The notes: generated by a model not told the origin, from the sequence alone. DNA of 64,000 nucleotides from Octopus vulgaris (GCA_951406725.2 OX597817.1:100502001-100566000); one strand, 5' to 3'; positions 27,200-40,810 are shown, counted from the first letter of the stretch. Translations and numbers: made by a program.

Positions 27200-27641
27200 G
27201 GCTTATAGGCCCTTGGCAATGCTCTCTCCCAATGCATAAAAGGAAATTGGAAAATATTTTTGAACAACTGCCTCACCCTCTGGAGTCACAACATAAATAG
27301 ACTCTTGGAGTTCAAAAGACTCCTTAACAGCATTAACACCAACTGCAATTTACAACGGAACACCACCAAGAGGAACTCCCATTCTTAGACATATTGGTTA
27401 AAAAATAAACAAAGAATAGAAACGGACATTTTTTTACAAAACCACAGACGACATTAAACAATATCTATTATTAAGCTCATGCCACCCGAGACATCAAAAA
27501 CAAAATATCCCTTTCAACCTTGCAAGAAGGATTTGCACTATAGTGTCCGAAAAAGTATCAGAGAACTAAGATTGCAAGAGCTTAAAAACGTACTCCAGGA
27601 TAGACACTACCTAATTTAACTCATAGTTGAAAACGCCATTA
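27200..27641 (+). mobile_element. Penelope-like RT fragment, interrupted by a Helitron
   Basis: EELPFLDILVKK..IETDI..QYLLLSSCHPRH..NIPFNLARRICTIVS. Confidence 0.8.
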
Positions 27642-27667
27642 TCTCTCTATATATAAAACTGAGAATG

Positions 27668-27710
<43 letters not shown>

Positions 27711-28688
27711 GTGTTTCCCTAAAACTTGAGAACTACACACATTCAAATTTTACACACGCCTTACTTAAGGTTCGAGGAGTGTCATCGGCAAAAAATCTTA
27801 ACTTTTTCCCTAGGGCGACCCCACAGCAATATCATATCTTCTCCACTATTTCAGTATTACGTGTTAAAAGTGAAACAAAAACATCTCTCTTTTGTAATGC
27901 AGACACTTTCACTTTAATACTGAAACTATTAAAGTGAAAGTATTAAATAACAGGGATGAATCATTAACAAGTGGTCATCCATTTTGCTAGAAGAAGATCC
28001 GCTATGGTCTTATATGCTACACCACTGATTTTCAATTCATATTAATAAAATTAATATTCAATTTTTCACCCTTATTATGTGTGTGTGTGTGTATTAGCAA
28101 TTCGTATAAAATTGCATCAATGACTTGAACTTGAATAAGTGGTTTCACATAAACGGGGATAAATTAAAAAGGTTTGTTGTTATTATTATTACTGTTTGAC
28201 TATTGTAATCACGTTTGTTGGTTCCTCGTCAGGGAAACGTTGTTGTGTTGCATTTGTTAAATAATTGTAAACCGTAACCCTCCCCCTTTCGGAGAAGGGG
28301 CTTTCGTTATTGTTTAAAAATTGAATTGTGTCCCTGTTTGGGGAAATTGACAATATTTTCACCGTCTTTACAGAAGCATTTTTGTTAAAATGCCTTCGAT
28401 AGAAGAAAGTTCAATAATGAATTTCACTGCAGCCGTACACTTCTATACAAGACGGAGGACAAGATCCAATTGATCGAAATTGCAAGAGACGGGCCTACAA
28501 TTCCAGTCTGTTATATATTTTGAGTATTGTTATCATTAGCGATATCAAGATATAACTTTCTGTTTTGTATTTTATGTGTAGATGTATATATATATAGATG
28601 TACATGTAATATGTACACATATATATACACATATATACATGCATAATATATCTACCCATACACACATACGCACATACACACATACATA

Positions 28689-28825
28689 GGGGCAGGTGTG
28701 GCTTTGTGGTAACAAACTACGTTCCAAACACATGGTCCTGGGTTCAGTCCCACTGTGTGGTGACTTGGCATGTGTCTTCTGCTGTAACCTCAGACCAACA
28801 AAAGCCTTCTCAGTGGATTTTGTAC
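28689..28825 (+). mobile_element. SINE family A 5' fragment inside the Helitron
   Basis: ggcaggtgtggctttgtggtaac...gggttcagtcccactgtgtgg. Confidence 0.75.
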
Positions 28826-28879
28826 ATATATACAGGCATACATACATATATATATATATATACTTGCATACGTACATAT

Positions 28880-31800
28880 TCGGCATAAACACTCTACCAC
28901 TACAACTAATAACTGTTGGGAACACTTTCAAACCTGCCTTACATTCGGACCGGAATCTCAACGCCCGAGTTTTCCATCTGAAGTTAATCTCTCTCATGGA
29001 GCTCATGCAAAAAGGGTAAGTCTTTGGGCCCATACAATGTGACATGTACACAATCGAGCCTTCCACATGCTCATATCCTGCTTTGGCTCTCAGCGAAGAT
29101 CAATTCCAATGACATCGACAAGATAATCTCTGCAGAGCTTCCTGATCCAGCTTTAGACAAAGAACTATACGAAATAGTTAAAGCAAACATGGTACATGGT
29201 CTATGTGGGCGTGGATTCAACATAAACACACCATGCTTGAAGGACAGCATATGTTCAAAAAAATTTCCAAGGATGTTCCTACAAGAAACTCAGACAGGTG
29301 ATGATGGGTACCCATCATACAGACGCAGAAAACCAGAAGACGGAGGTTTCACAGTAGCTATCGGACAGCACGATATTGATAATAGATGGATTGTTCCATA
29401 CTGCCCACTCCTGTCAAAGACTTTCAATGCCCACTCCTGTCAAAGACTTTCAATGCCCACATCAGCGTTGAGTTTTGCAACTCCGTTAAATCTATCAAGT
29501 TTGAAGTTCAAACATTGCAGCGTCAGAACCCTTGCTTACATATTTGCAAACGTACTTGATGGATTTAACGGTTTTCAAATATGTAAACAAGGGTTCTGAC
29601 GCTGCAATGTTTGGACTTCAACAAGAATACTGCCAGGATGAGGTGACGCATTATCAGGTGGGACGGTACATAAGTAGCAACGAGGCTTTCTGGCGCATCT
29701 TTGGCTTTCCAATTCACCAACGACACCCCGCCATTAAACAGCTTGCAGTGTACCTGGAAAATGGTCAAAGAGTGTACTTCACCGATGCTAATGCTTCTCT
29801 GTTGGCAGAGGAAACAAGGGATAGCACACTCACTGCATTCTTTAAGCTTTGTCAAGTGGATCAATTCGCTCAAACCTTGCTGTATCCACAGATTCTATCG
29901 TACTACACTTGGAATGGAAAAAAATGGGCCCCACAGAAATCAGGTCAAAATGTTCATGGATACCCTGGCATTAAGTTTCACACTTGCCTTGGGCGAGTAT
30001 ACACAGTGCATCCCACTCAACAAGAGTGCTTCTACCTTCGTCTACTACTGCATGAGGTCAGAGGGCCAACGTTTTTCCAGGCCCTAAAAACCGTTCATGG
30101 ACATGTCTGCACAACATACAGAGAAGCCTGCTATCGACAAGGTCTGTTAGAAGATGGTGCACAATGGGATGCAACTTTAGGAGAGGCTGCTTTATCAAAA
30201 TCACCTAAAAGTCTCAGGGCACTATTTGCAGTATTACTACAGGCATGAGAACTGTGTGATCCGGCCACTTTATGGCTCAAATATAGAGACAACCTGGCTG
30301 AAGACTTTCAGCGCCAAGCTCAACTGCTCTATCCTGACATGGAGGGTATCAGCAATGAAATCTATAACAAAACACTCATTGACATTGAAGACAGAATTGC
30401 TAAACTGGGTGGAAATGAATTGTCGACGTATGGCTTGCCACAAGCATTCAGGTCAGGGTCAAATAGCCTTCCCACTGCTGTCATTCGTGAAACAACCTAC
30501 GACACTCAAGCGCTTTCAAAGTACATTGTTGAAAATGAGCCTAATTTACTTCCGGACCAGCTGCAGGCCTACAGAACTATTCTTAACAGTGTACGCCAAC
30601 GCGAGGGACGAATCTTCTTCCTCGATGCTCCTGGAGGGACAGGAAAAACATTTATTATAAAGTTTCTCCTTGCAGAAGTTAGGCAGCATCAGGACATTGC
30701 AGTAGCTGTAGCCTCCTCTGGCATTGCAGCTACTTTGTTACCCGGTGGCAGGACAGCACACTCAACTTTTAAACTCCCTTTCAATTTAGCAGCATCCGAA
30801 ATGCCTTCATGCAACATCAACAAAAGCTCAGATCAGGGATAAGTACTTAAAATGTGTCATCTAATTGTCTGGGATGAATGCACTATGGCTCACAAGGGAG
30901 CTTTGGAAGCATTAGATAGAGCCCTGAAAGACATCCGAGACTGTCAGGCTCCAATGGGAGGTGTAACGCTTCTGTTGTCAGGTGATTTCAGGCAAACTCT
31001 TCCTGTCATTCCGAAAGGCACTAGAGCAGATGAAGTCTAAGCATGCCTAAAGTCCTCTACCCTGTGGCATCATGTTACGATCCTCAGTCTCACCACTAAC
31101 ATGAGAGCTCAGCTACACGGCGACAAAATGTCCACAAAGTTTGCACAGGACATGTTGACACTTGGTGAAGGCAAGATGCCTCTCGATGCTGCAGGACAAA
31201 TGGAAGTGTGGTCATTTTCCTCTGTTGTTAATTCTGTAGATGACCTCAAAAACAAAGTCTTTCCCAACTTCACACAAAACTACTAAACTCACAATTGGCT
31301 GTGTGAAAGAGCAATATTAGCTCCAAAAAACGTCGCTGTTAACAAAATTAATCAACAGCTAATGCATTCTCTTCCCGGCACTATACACACTTACAAGACT
31401 GTTGATACAATTCCAGATATAAATGAAGTTGTGAACTATCCTCCTGAATTTCTCAATTCACTGGAGCCTCCCGGACTACCTCCACACATATTAGCACTTA
31501 AAGTTGTAATGCTACTCCGCAATCTGGAACCACCAAGACTTTGCAATGGAACACGACTGGTGATATGGTGATAAAGAAAATGATGTCACACGTTATCGAG
31601 GCGATCATTCTTTCTGGATGTGGAAAAGGCGATGACGTCTTTATTTCAAGAATTCCTCTTACTCCATCAGGAGCAGAAATTCCATTTACATTCAGAAGAC
31701 TGCAATTCCTCCTTCGTGTCAGCTTTGCCATGTCCATTAACAAATCTCAGGGCCAAACCCTCTCTGTAGCTGATCTTCTCTTGGAAGAGCCCTGCTTCTC

Positions 31801-31909
31801 GCATGGGCAACTGTATGTTGGCTGCTCAAGAGTAGGAACCAAAAGAAACCTTTTTGTATATGCTCCAAGAGGAAAAACAAGGAACATTGTTTACAACGAG
31901 GTGTTATAA
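28880..31909 (+). pseudogene. Helitron RepHel (HUH Rep + Pif1/SF1B helicase) pseudogene
   Basis: Rep motifs LPHAHILLWL and KYVNKGSD. Helicase motifs [52 protein letters not shown]. Multiple stops and frameshifts. Confidence 0.95.
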
Positions 31910-32008
31910 TCTCAACAGCCAGGAGGTATATACATGATCCCCTTTTTTTAACGAACTTCATGTACTTCCATGTAATTATATAAATATACAGATATATATA
32001 TATATATA

Positions 32009-32404
32009 CTAGCAGTATCGCCCGGCGTTGCTCGGGTTTGTAAGGGAAATAACTATATAAGCATTTTTAGAGAGTTATAGCCAAAAAATAGCAAAAAATG
32101 CATTAAAAATGGAAAAAAAATTAAGGTAAATTTTTTAAAAATCGTTGACACATCGTAGATATTTTTAGAGAGTTACTTCCCTTATATAATAGCGAAAAAA
32201 ATGCATTAAAATGGAAAAATATGATGGTAAATTTTTTTTAAATCGTAGACTCATCGTAGACGCACGCTAATACCCAGAAGGGCTCGATATGAATCACGAC
32301 TATAAGATACCCAGTTTTGGTTACACTGCACCGCAAAATGTGGGAGTAGTTAGGAATCTAAATCGTAGGAGACAGACACACAACTTCACTTTTATATATA
32401 AAGA
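32009..32404 (-). mobile_element. Non-autonomous Helitron nested antisense in the large Helitron
   Basis: CTAGCAGTATCGCCCGGCGTTGCTCGGG is the reverse complement of the 7400-7427 terminus. 5' TCTTTATATATAAAAG at 32404. Confidence 0.88.
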
Positions 32405-33514
32405 TATAAGCCACGTAGTAATATACACATACTTTGTTATATACACATTCTTAAAAGAAAATGTTATTTTGAACACAACATTTATAAAGAATAAAATATT
32501 TTTTGGTTTTTCTTTTAAACGGATGCATACATTTATTAATAACTATATATAAGTGTCGTCTGTTTATACATAAACACTGTTTCATACTGCAATTATATAT
32601 ACATATATCTATATATAATATTATATAATAAAATATATACAGAATATGTGTATATATTTATGTATGTGTAAATATGTACTGAAAGAAGCTCGGCTCGCCA
32701 ATTAATACTACCAAAATTTAACGACAGAAAGTAAAATAAAAACCAATTTACCTTTTCTGTATTGTTATAGCAATTCGACCGTCCGTGTGTCTTTGCAAAT
32801 GTGTTGGAATGATAAGTAAGTTCTGTTTGGCGCCTTTTTTTACTAATAACAAACACACACGTGTTTGTATGTAGTTGTTTGAAACCTTTGTGTTTGTCAC
32901 TGTCATATATGTATGTGTATGCGTGTGTGTGAGGAATGACTCACACACACACTCACGCACGCACACATGTACATCAATGCTTTCGGAGTGAAATGTTAAA
33001 ATATTGAGTTTTCTCGAATTTTGTCTTAATTGAGGGTAAAATTGAAAGAAATTTTGTATGGCATGACCCAATGCAAGTACTTTGAAAAATCATGGGTAAA
33101 CTCTAATTGAAGAAATTGTGTGAGGAGTAAATCGTTATGTATTTATTTGTTTCTGTTTGCTGTGTTTTTTTTTTCGTTTTATAGAAATAGTTTCACTTTA
33201 ATCGTTGCAAACTTGCAAAGAGAAAGTCGTAGAAATTAGAGTGATATCGTGAGTGAATCAGATCGCTCCCTTTGTGTGTGTGTGTGCGTGTGCTATAGCC
33301 CACACTAAGAAAAGCACTTGACTTACACACCACAATGTGAGTTTTCTCTAAATTTTGCTTAATTGGGGTTGAAATTTTAAAAACTGGACCTGGCACGACA
33401 CGATGCATTCTACTCTTAAAAATGCTAGGTAAATTGTAATTGAAGAAATCCTATATTGTAGATTTCTATAAGAGACAAAGGGAGGCAGATAAAATCTGCC
33501 TTTTATAATAAGAG

Positions 33515-33558
<44 letters not shown>

Positions 33559-33832
33559 CCATATATATATATAACAGAAAAGTCTAATTCTTCAATTGAA
33601 TGTAACCGGGCAACGCCGGGTATCTCTGCTAGTATAAGATAAATTTTAATTTTCTGAGAGAATTTACCTGTTTCGGCTCTACTTGAAAAAAACGAACCTT
33701 ATCAAAAATATATATTTTAAAAGTTAAGTGTAATAAAACAGTTCATAATTGTTTCTTACTAGTCTCAAAAGAGTCCACATGGTGGTGTTTTGTGTGTGGG
33801 AGCATAATGGCTGTCTTGTGCGTTGACTAGAA

Positions 33833-34200
33833 TCATTGGCTGTAATAGAGAAAGTGACCTTTGGCCGTAATAGCAGTAGTAGAAGAGCCCGTTGGTCGTA
33901 GTAGTAGAAGTGACCGTGGTGGTGGTTGGAGTTGTAGCAGCAGTTCATTGGCTGTAGTGGTAGTAGCAGCAGCCGTGGAAGTGACCGTTGGCTGTAATAG
34001 CAGCAATAGAAGAGACTGTTGTTCGTAGTAGTAGTAGTGACCGCGGTGATAGTGGTGGTTGGAGTTGTAGCAGTAGTTCATTGGCTATAGTAGTAGTAGT
34101 AGTAGAAGTGGAAGTGACCGTTGGCTGTAATAGCAGCAGTAGCAGAGACCGTTGTTTGCAGTAGTAGTGATCGTGGTGGTAGTGGAGGTTGGAGTTGCAG
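33833..34200. repeat. Degenerate minisatellite with a unit of about 110-135 bp, roughly 3 copies, TAG-rich
   Basis: Recurring cattggctgta, gaagtgaccgttggctgtaatagcagc and ggttggagttgtagcag. Confidence 0.8.
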
Positions 34201-34231
34201 AATTTTTTTTTGGGATCACCAATATATTGTT

Positions 34232-35176
34232 TTAATGTTCATGGCTCAGGGTGTTTAAACTTGGTCCGAATTTTCTAATGAAATGGAGTTCTTTGCTATG
34301 ACGTTGAGTGAAAGTTACGTTGTTATTGAATGGGTAAAGTGGGAAAGTTGAGAATTTTGGATTTTTATTTGATGCACATCTGTATATGTGGCCGCTAAAT
34401 AGGTATTTTCCTGTATTCAAGATTCCTAATTTGGGATTTATGTACTGTCATCTTTTTCGTAGACTGTTTTTTGTATGACCAATATATTGCCTTTGGCACC
34501 CTGCGCATGTTATCACGTAAATTAAGTTTTCCGATGCACAGATGAAGTTTGTTCTGATGGTAAAATGATGGCCTTGTTCTAATGTGTCTTCCTAACCGTC
34601 TACTAAGATGACATAGATCCCGCAGTTGGGCTTTCCACATTTAACTGTTGATTTTGTGGTTGTTATTGGGTGCAATTTAGCCTGGGTTAAAATCCTTCAG
34701 TAGGGCTGTGCTTTGGAATATGGTGCTGAGGGCCTCATTGTTAAGTGGGTTGTATGTACAGATGTAGGGTAGGGTTTTTAAATTTTCTTCCTTTTTTGGT
34801 TTTGGTTGTCTCAGGTCTTCTATATTTAATTTCAGTGCTCGTTGGATTGTATTGTCTATTAGGGTTTTTTGAATAATTCCTATTTATGAGTGTAGTTCTG
34901 AGTTCCAGGAGACGTGTGTATCGGGTGTTTGTGTCTGATACTATGGTGCAAATCTTTCTGGCTAAACAGAAAGGGATATTTATTCTTGTGTGTCTTGGGT
35001 GGCATGAGTCATATGGTAGGTATTGCTTTGAGTCTGTCGGTTTATAATATATATCCGTCTCTATTTTGTTGCCGACTTTCTTAATGAGGATGTCTAGAAA
35101 TGGTAGTTTTTCTTGGTTATATTCTATCGTGAATTGAATGTTTTCATTAATTCCATTTAGTAGTATTTCAAATTTT
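34232..35176 (-). mobile_element. Penelope/Poseidon-like element 3' part (RT thumb + GIY-YIG)
   Basis: EKLPFLDILIKK..TDIYYKPTDSKQYLPYDSCHPRH..IPFCLARKICTIVS, with downstream MTVHKSQIR and SGHIYRCA. Confidence 0.88.
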
Positions 35177-35177
35177 A

Positions 35178-35377
<200 letters not shown>

Positions 35378-36741
35378 GCATACATAAATATATATATGTC
35401 AAAACAGAAAATTGGAAGATTTGCTATGTTTTGATATGTAATTACTCTTCAAATTGAGTTCACCGAAAATTTCAATTGCTATGCATATCACATTTGAAGT
35501 ATAACATCTATATACATACACTTGAATGATGAGAAGGGGCGAGAACACAACTGGATTATATTCACCACACACACACACGCACATGTATATGTACATAAAC
35601 ATACATAATACATACAAACATACATGCAAGTATATGTGTAGCTATATACATTTATACATCCATATATTGCATACAATAGTTAGTGTTTCCGGTTAGTTGT
35701 TAGCACTAAGTCTCTTTACTTTGTTGCGAACAATTTCTCATGCTTTCTCTGAGCAATGATCAAAGAAATGCACAAGCTAAATTCATATTCACAAACATAC
35801 TAGTACAAATACTAAATATAAAAAAAGCATTAGATAATGCTGACGTAGTGGTCACTCACTTCACAAGAAAAAAAAATGGACAGACCTCACTACTGTTATA
35901 TGTTAGATAGATTAGCTCTAGATATTCTTCCACACACACAAAAAAAAGAAATAGGATTGTCCATAATTTTCTGCATATAGGGAATATCTTTGCTTTTATA
36001 CTCTCTCTCTGCTTACCCATAATCTGTTTGTTTGCTATTTTGTCTCATAAACCATGTGTCTATCCTTCTCAATTCCACAGTTTCATTGTTTGTCTCTAAG
36101 ATGCTAGCTATTATCTTCATATCTTTTTGCAGCTGGCGATTACTACTTCTCTCATGTATTGAATTCAGTCAGTTTATCTACATTTCCTTATTGTTAACCT
36201 ATCTCCCTCTCTTCAGGTTATTTGCCTTTCTTTTCTTGCTAATCTCTCTCTCTCTTCCCCACTCTCCATCATTCATTCCCTTTCTGTTTCTCACTCACTC
36301 TTATCTTCTGGTTATCCACATTTGTTTGTCCTAATAATCAAACATTTTTTCAGCAGATCGTAGATTATAAAGACGTGCAAACTTAAAGATGTTTTGGCAG
36401 TGACGTGCATTTCAGCAACATGTATGTATGTATGTATGTATGTATGTATGTATGTATGTATGTATGTATGTATGTATGTATGTATGTATGTATGTATGCA
36501 TTTATGTAGGAATGTTTCTATCTACCTATATATGTATGTATGTTTGCATGCGTGCATGTATTTGTTCGTATGTATGCATGTGTTCTTGGTTTTATTTCTT
36601 AGCATTGTTGAAAGAGGCATAGGAACAAGGATTTTCAGTAGAATTTAGACATCAGTAGCACAATTCCCTCATCACATGTATGAATCAAAGAGCATCTCTA
36701 CACATACGTGTTCGAAAGAAATTTTTGGTACGTTTCCATAC

Positions 36742-36870
36742 CTAGCGGTTCTGCAAAGGAAACTGATTGAATAAGTGCCAAACTTTAAAATAATACTGTA
36801 GCCGATTTGCTTGATTAAACCCTTCAAGGCAGTGCTCCAGCATGATCACAGTCCAATGACTGTAACACAT
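36742..36870 (+). mobile_element. SINE family A 3' fragment
   Basis: tagcggttctgcaaag...aaggcagtgctccagcatgatcacagtccaatgactgtaac. Confidence 0.7.
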
Positions 36871-37050
36871 GACAGATAAACGGTAGGAAATTGACACATA
36901 TGTATAGCTATACATACATACATACATACATACATACATACATACATACATACATACATACATACATACATACATACACGCATACATACATATCGTCAAT
37001 AAATCATAAATCCAAAAGAGAAGCACACTGTAAGTTATAGAGCAGTAGAG

Positions 37051-37305
37051 TAATTTAGATAAAGATAATTATGGCCGGTCTATGGGGTTACTTTGGGTTT
37101 CACATCCATAAAGCGCTTAGCTTTCGGCGTTTCGTCAGACTCCTGTGCATTCAACAAGTAGCTACGTGGTCTTTTCTCCCTCCACTTTAAAGAGAGGTTA
37201 TAGGCCACCGGCCATCAGGGTCTGAAGAAACGCCGTGAAATTAAGCGCTTTATGGACGTGAAGCCAAGAGTAACCCCAGAGATCGGCCATAACTATATTT
37301 ATATG

Positions 37306-37309
<4 letters not shown>
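37051..37309. mobile_element. Foldback/MITE-like element, arms about 95 bp, spacer about 70 bp
   Basis: tatggccggtc..ggggttact..ccataaagcgctta is mirrored by taagcgctttatgg..agtaacccc..gatcggccata. Confidence 0.75.
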
Positions 37310-37359
<50 letters not shown>

Positions 37360-37360
<1 letters not shown>

Positions 37361-39906
37361 GTAAAATAATATGTGACAATTATTCAATAGCCAAGATAAA
37401 ACTCTGAGTTTCGGATGCCGAGGTGGAAATCCAGAACACCATCTCTTCAGTTATTTGGCCATCTGAAAAACGCTATGAAAAAAGACCGTTATACAAAGAG
37501 AAATTACTGTGTTATGATTCCGCTACTTATATAAATTAAGGTTAAAAGTTCATAGTAAACACGTATGCATGCCTATGTGCGTACGTATACGTCACTATGA
37601 AAACGTACATATCTTCACTCGTATTTTTCGCCAAATGTATACGCATATATATACAAACTCATACACACACACGCGTACCGTAAAGGTTCATACATACGTC
37701 TATATACGCACAATCACAAGAAAAAACATGGTTAAAGGTAACAATACAGAAAAAAACATAAGGAAGTATACAAAGCGTAAAACCACGTTCATATACGTAC
37801 ATGCCCTTATGCACGCATACACACACACGCCCATATATGTACATACCCGCACATGTTTATATACGCATACACACACACACATACACAAAAAAGGATTATA
37901 CATACGCCCCAAACAACCGAAAAAATTGTAAAAATACTAATGAAAAATGTCTATATATATATGTATTCTTATGCCCGCACACACGCACACATCTATATAC
38001 ATACATACCCGCCCACTCATACATATTCACACACGCGTACAAATGAATCTATATACACATCTATATAGGTACAAGAAAAAATGCAGGATGGAAGAATACA
38101 GAAAAATTATTATGTGTAAAAATATAAACATATATGAAAAAATAAAAGGTATAATACGATAAAAAACTTTTTTGGGCATAAATATAGAAAGCAAGTTCTA
38201 TCTGTATTCTTGGGGGGACCAACAACGTAACAAAAATGTTGTCACATGTGGGCATGTTCCGAAAAGTTCTGTCCTTGAGTTTAGACATGCAGTAGGGTCT
38301 AAGCTGCTTTTCCAGATAAGCCATCTCTCCATGTCGCATAGACCGCACTCTCCGCTGCCGTTGGTGTAGGGCTTACATTTGGCCAAAATCTCCCAATGGA
38401 TGTTGTAATTGACACCTTTATCTTTTAATGACCAAATATGATTGGATAATTTTGTCGCTTTTCTTTTGTTCCAGTGCCTAAAAATCAAGGTGTGGTTATT
38501 GAATCTGACCTTGAAATTACCCTCGGTAAGGCCCACGTATTTCTTCATCGAAACGGTGTCTTTAGTGGTTAAAGAGTCCATAGTCTTTTGTGGTTATAGA
38601 GTTCATAGATGTGGGCACAATTTTTTATTCCTGCATGAACAGCTGTTTTCTTGTGGTTTTTGTGTGTTATGTGTGATTATATTTTTAAAATTGGTAGTGG
38701 AACTAAAAATAATTTTTGAATTGTGTTTATTGAAGAGTTTCCTATAAGCATGGTTAACTGAAAAATGTCAGTGTTAAGAAATATTTACCTATATTGAAGG
38801 TCACCTCGGGTGAGTAAGGGGGTGTAAACCAGATGATCTTCCTATTTCTATTTTTCCTCTTCTTTACTGTTGGGCTAGTAACAGGTGTATATTTTATTTT
38901 TTCGCTAAAACCACTATCTTTTAAAGCCTTATATACTGGGCAACGCTATTAAAAATGTCCTTATCGGAGGAGAGGCTAGAAATTCTCTTAATATTTTAAA
39001 CTAAATTTTTGAATACTATAGGGGGATGGCATGAACCTACATTAATATAACTAAGTCTATAATTGGGCTTCCTATTAGGCTTATAAATGTTCTTATTTAG
39101 ATCTAAGGAAACGTCTAGGAAATTGACAACCGTCAGGTTAGTATCTATAGTTATACTAAGTCCGAAGTATTTCATTAAATGGATAATATCCTTCCTAAAT
39201 CGATCCTGTGCTGGTCCATTTGTATTAGCGGTTAAAGCGAGGGCATCATCTTTGTAGATGGCGAAATATACGTCAGGAAAGCTCTTACCTAATGTATCTA
39301 GTAGAAAAAATCCAATAAGATCGCATATGCCTGCTCCATCATATGACCCCATGCTCACATCGAAAGCACCCTCTGTGTCGGTATTTTTGACCCACTCTGC
39401 GCTCTCGCTGAAAGTAAGGTCTTTCTAGCATGGAAGATTATATCCTTATCCTGTGTACTGATTTCTATGAAATCGCTAGCGAAGACGAGGGCTTTATCTA
39501 GCAGTTCTTTAGAGATAGAGGCATAAAAATCAACAATATCGAATTGTGTAAACCTCGCTTTTTTCTTATTCTTAATGGCTTTAAACCAGTCTACGATTTC
39601 TATACTATTGGACCATTGTACTAGCCTAGTAGCGGTCTTAATTTTCGCATTTATTTTGTGTAAGAGTTGTGAATATTTGCTGTTATCTACCAGGTACAAG
39701 TTCTTGGTTTTGTCCGAAAAAAGTGCTTTTTTCTTGGAGCTTTTTATATATTTTATATCTTTTTTCAATTTACGTTGGAAATTGTTAAAAGAGTTACGAA
39801 ATTTTATTTTATTCATATGTTTCAGTAGGTCCGCTTCGAAATCTTCCAAACCTTTGATCTTGGAAGGGAATTTTTTAGATTTTATACGATAGAAAGTATT
39901 TTCCAT
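37360..39906 (-). mobile_element. Penelope-like element with C-terminal GIY-YIG endonuclease (probably Nematis-like), 5'-truncated pseudogene with a 3' HHR
   Basis: RT motifs QFDIVDFYASI, MGSYDGAGICDLIG, YKDDAL, NFLDVSLDL and linker CSCRNKKLCP. EN motifs YVGLTEGNFKVRFNNH, CGLCDMER, LNSRTELFGTCPH. The 3' end abuts (TA)n. Confidence 0.88.
37391..37458 (-). ncRNA. Minimal hammerhead ribozyme motif
   Basis: ccaaataa-CTGAAGA-gatg...catcc-GAAA-CTCAGAG-TT-ttatcttgg, with an 8-bp bulged stem I. Confidence 0.75.
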
Positions 39907-40360
39907 GGGATTATTAGTAAAGAAATTTTAGATAAAAAGAGGCTGTTTACTACTATTTGGCAAACAGATTTTGTATTAGGAAAACTAGGTCAATGTCAAA
40001 TGGTCACAGTGACCACTTATAGAGAATGCAGAGATTCTTTTATACTTATATACATCAACTTTATACTTAGCTGGTAGGTTTTCAATATTTTGATACGTTG
40101 GATTAAAGGAGAAATTATAAATCTAATATATATTCATTTTGGATAAAAATCTATCAATTATGAGTAGGCATAATACTCATTAACTGAGGACAAAAGTCTT
40201 ATTAATCAAGTGAATATATTAGGGGTCAAATATATATATAATTGGAAAACTTGAACATTACTACCTTAAATTTAAATCGACATCTTTGTCTATATATCTA
40301 CCTTCTCTATAATGTTATCAATTGATATGAAAATTATGTATTAATAGAAAACCTCTATTA

Positions 40361-40446
40361 ATGGCTGATGACTGCTCAACATTTTAAAACTGTTGTAATA
40401 CTTACAACATTTAACAAAATGACGTAGCGTGAAACGACCGTACCAA
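40361..40446 (+). ncRNA. Minimal hammerhead ribozyme motif
   Basis: tgg-CTGATGA-ctgct...agcgt-GAAA-CGACCG-TA-cca. Confidence 0.7.
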
Positions 40447-40704
40447 ATTACCGAAGTTATTCTTGTTGCTTATTTTGATTATAATCACCCCATGGATTTA
40501 TATACAAAATTCTGGTGCATCTAACTTAAGTACCATATTCATCTGAATCTAAATTTTGCTGAACTTATATATATAAACACACACACACACGCACACATAT
40601 ATAAACACATATGTATTACTTCTACATTTTTGATTCACCTTAAATATTCTAATTAACTATACTAAATGACCTGAGATGCTCGTCCTGCCTTGGTTTTATA
40701 TTCC

Positions 40705-40758
<54 letters not shown>

Positions 40759-40759
<1 letters not shown>

Positions 40760-40810
40760 GGCGGTGCCCCAGCATGGCCACAGCTCAAGAGTTGAAACTG
40801 GAAAACATAA
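40759..40810 (+). mobile_element. Isolated retroposon 3' tail of about 50 bp at a (TA)n tract
   Basis: TGGCGGTGCCCCAGCATGGCCACAGCTCAAGAGTTGAAAC is homologous to the SINE A tail. Confidence 0.7.

Larger units (their letters stand above)
27642..33632 (+). mobile_element. Helitron of about 6 kb with nested insertions
   Basis: A|TCTCTCTATATATAAAA at 27642, 3' hairpin CCGGGCAACGCCGGG, and CTAG|T ending at 33632. Pairing of the two ends is inferred. Confidence 0.7.

Noticed and set aside
30339-31909. Host PIF1 helicase gene
   Set aside because: It is intronless, fused downstream of an HUH Rep, disrupted, and bounded by Helitron termini.
37110-37260. Hammerhead motifs CTGA(A/C)GA..GAAA in the foldback arms
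   Set aside because: Neither stem I nor stem II can form around the core.
38198-39906. Naiad-type or selenoprotein-encoding PLE
   Set aside because: The endonuclease is C-terminal, whereas Naiads have it N-terminal. The TGA after CPHL is followed by TAA within a deleted region.
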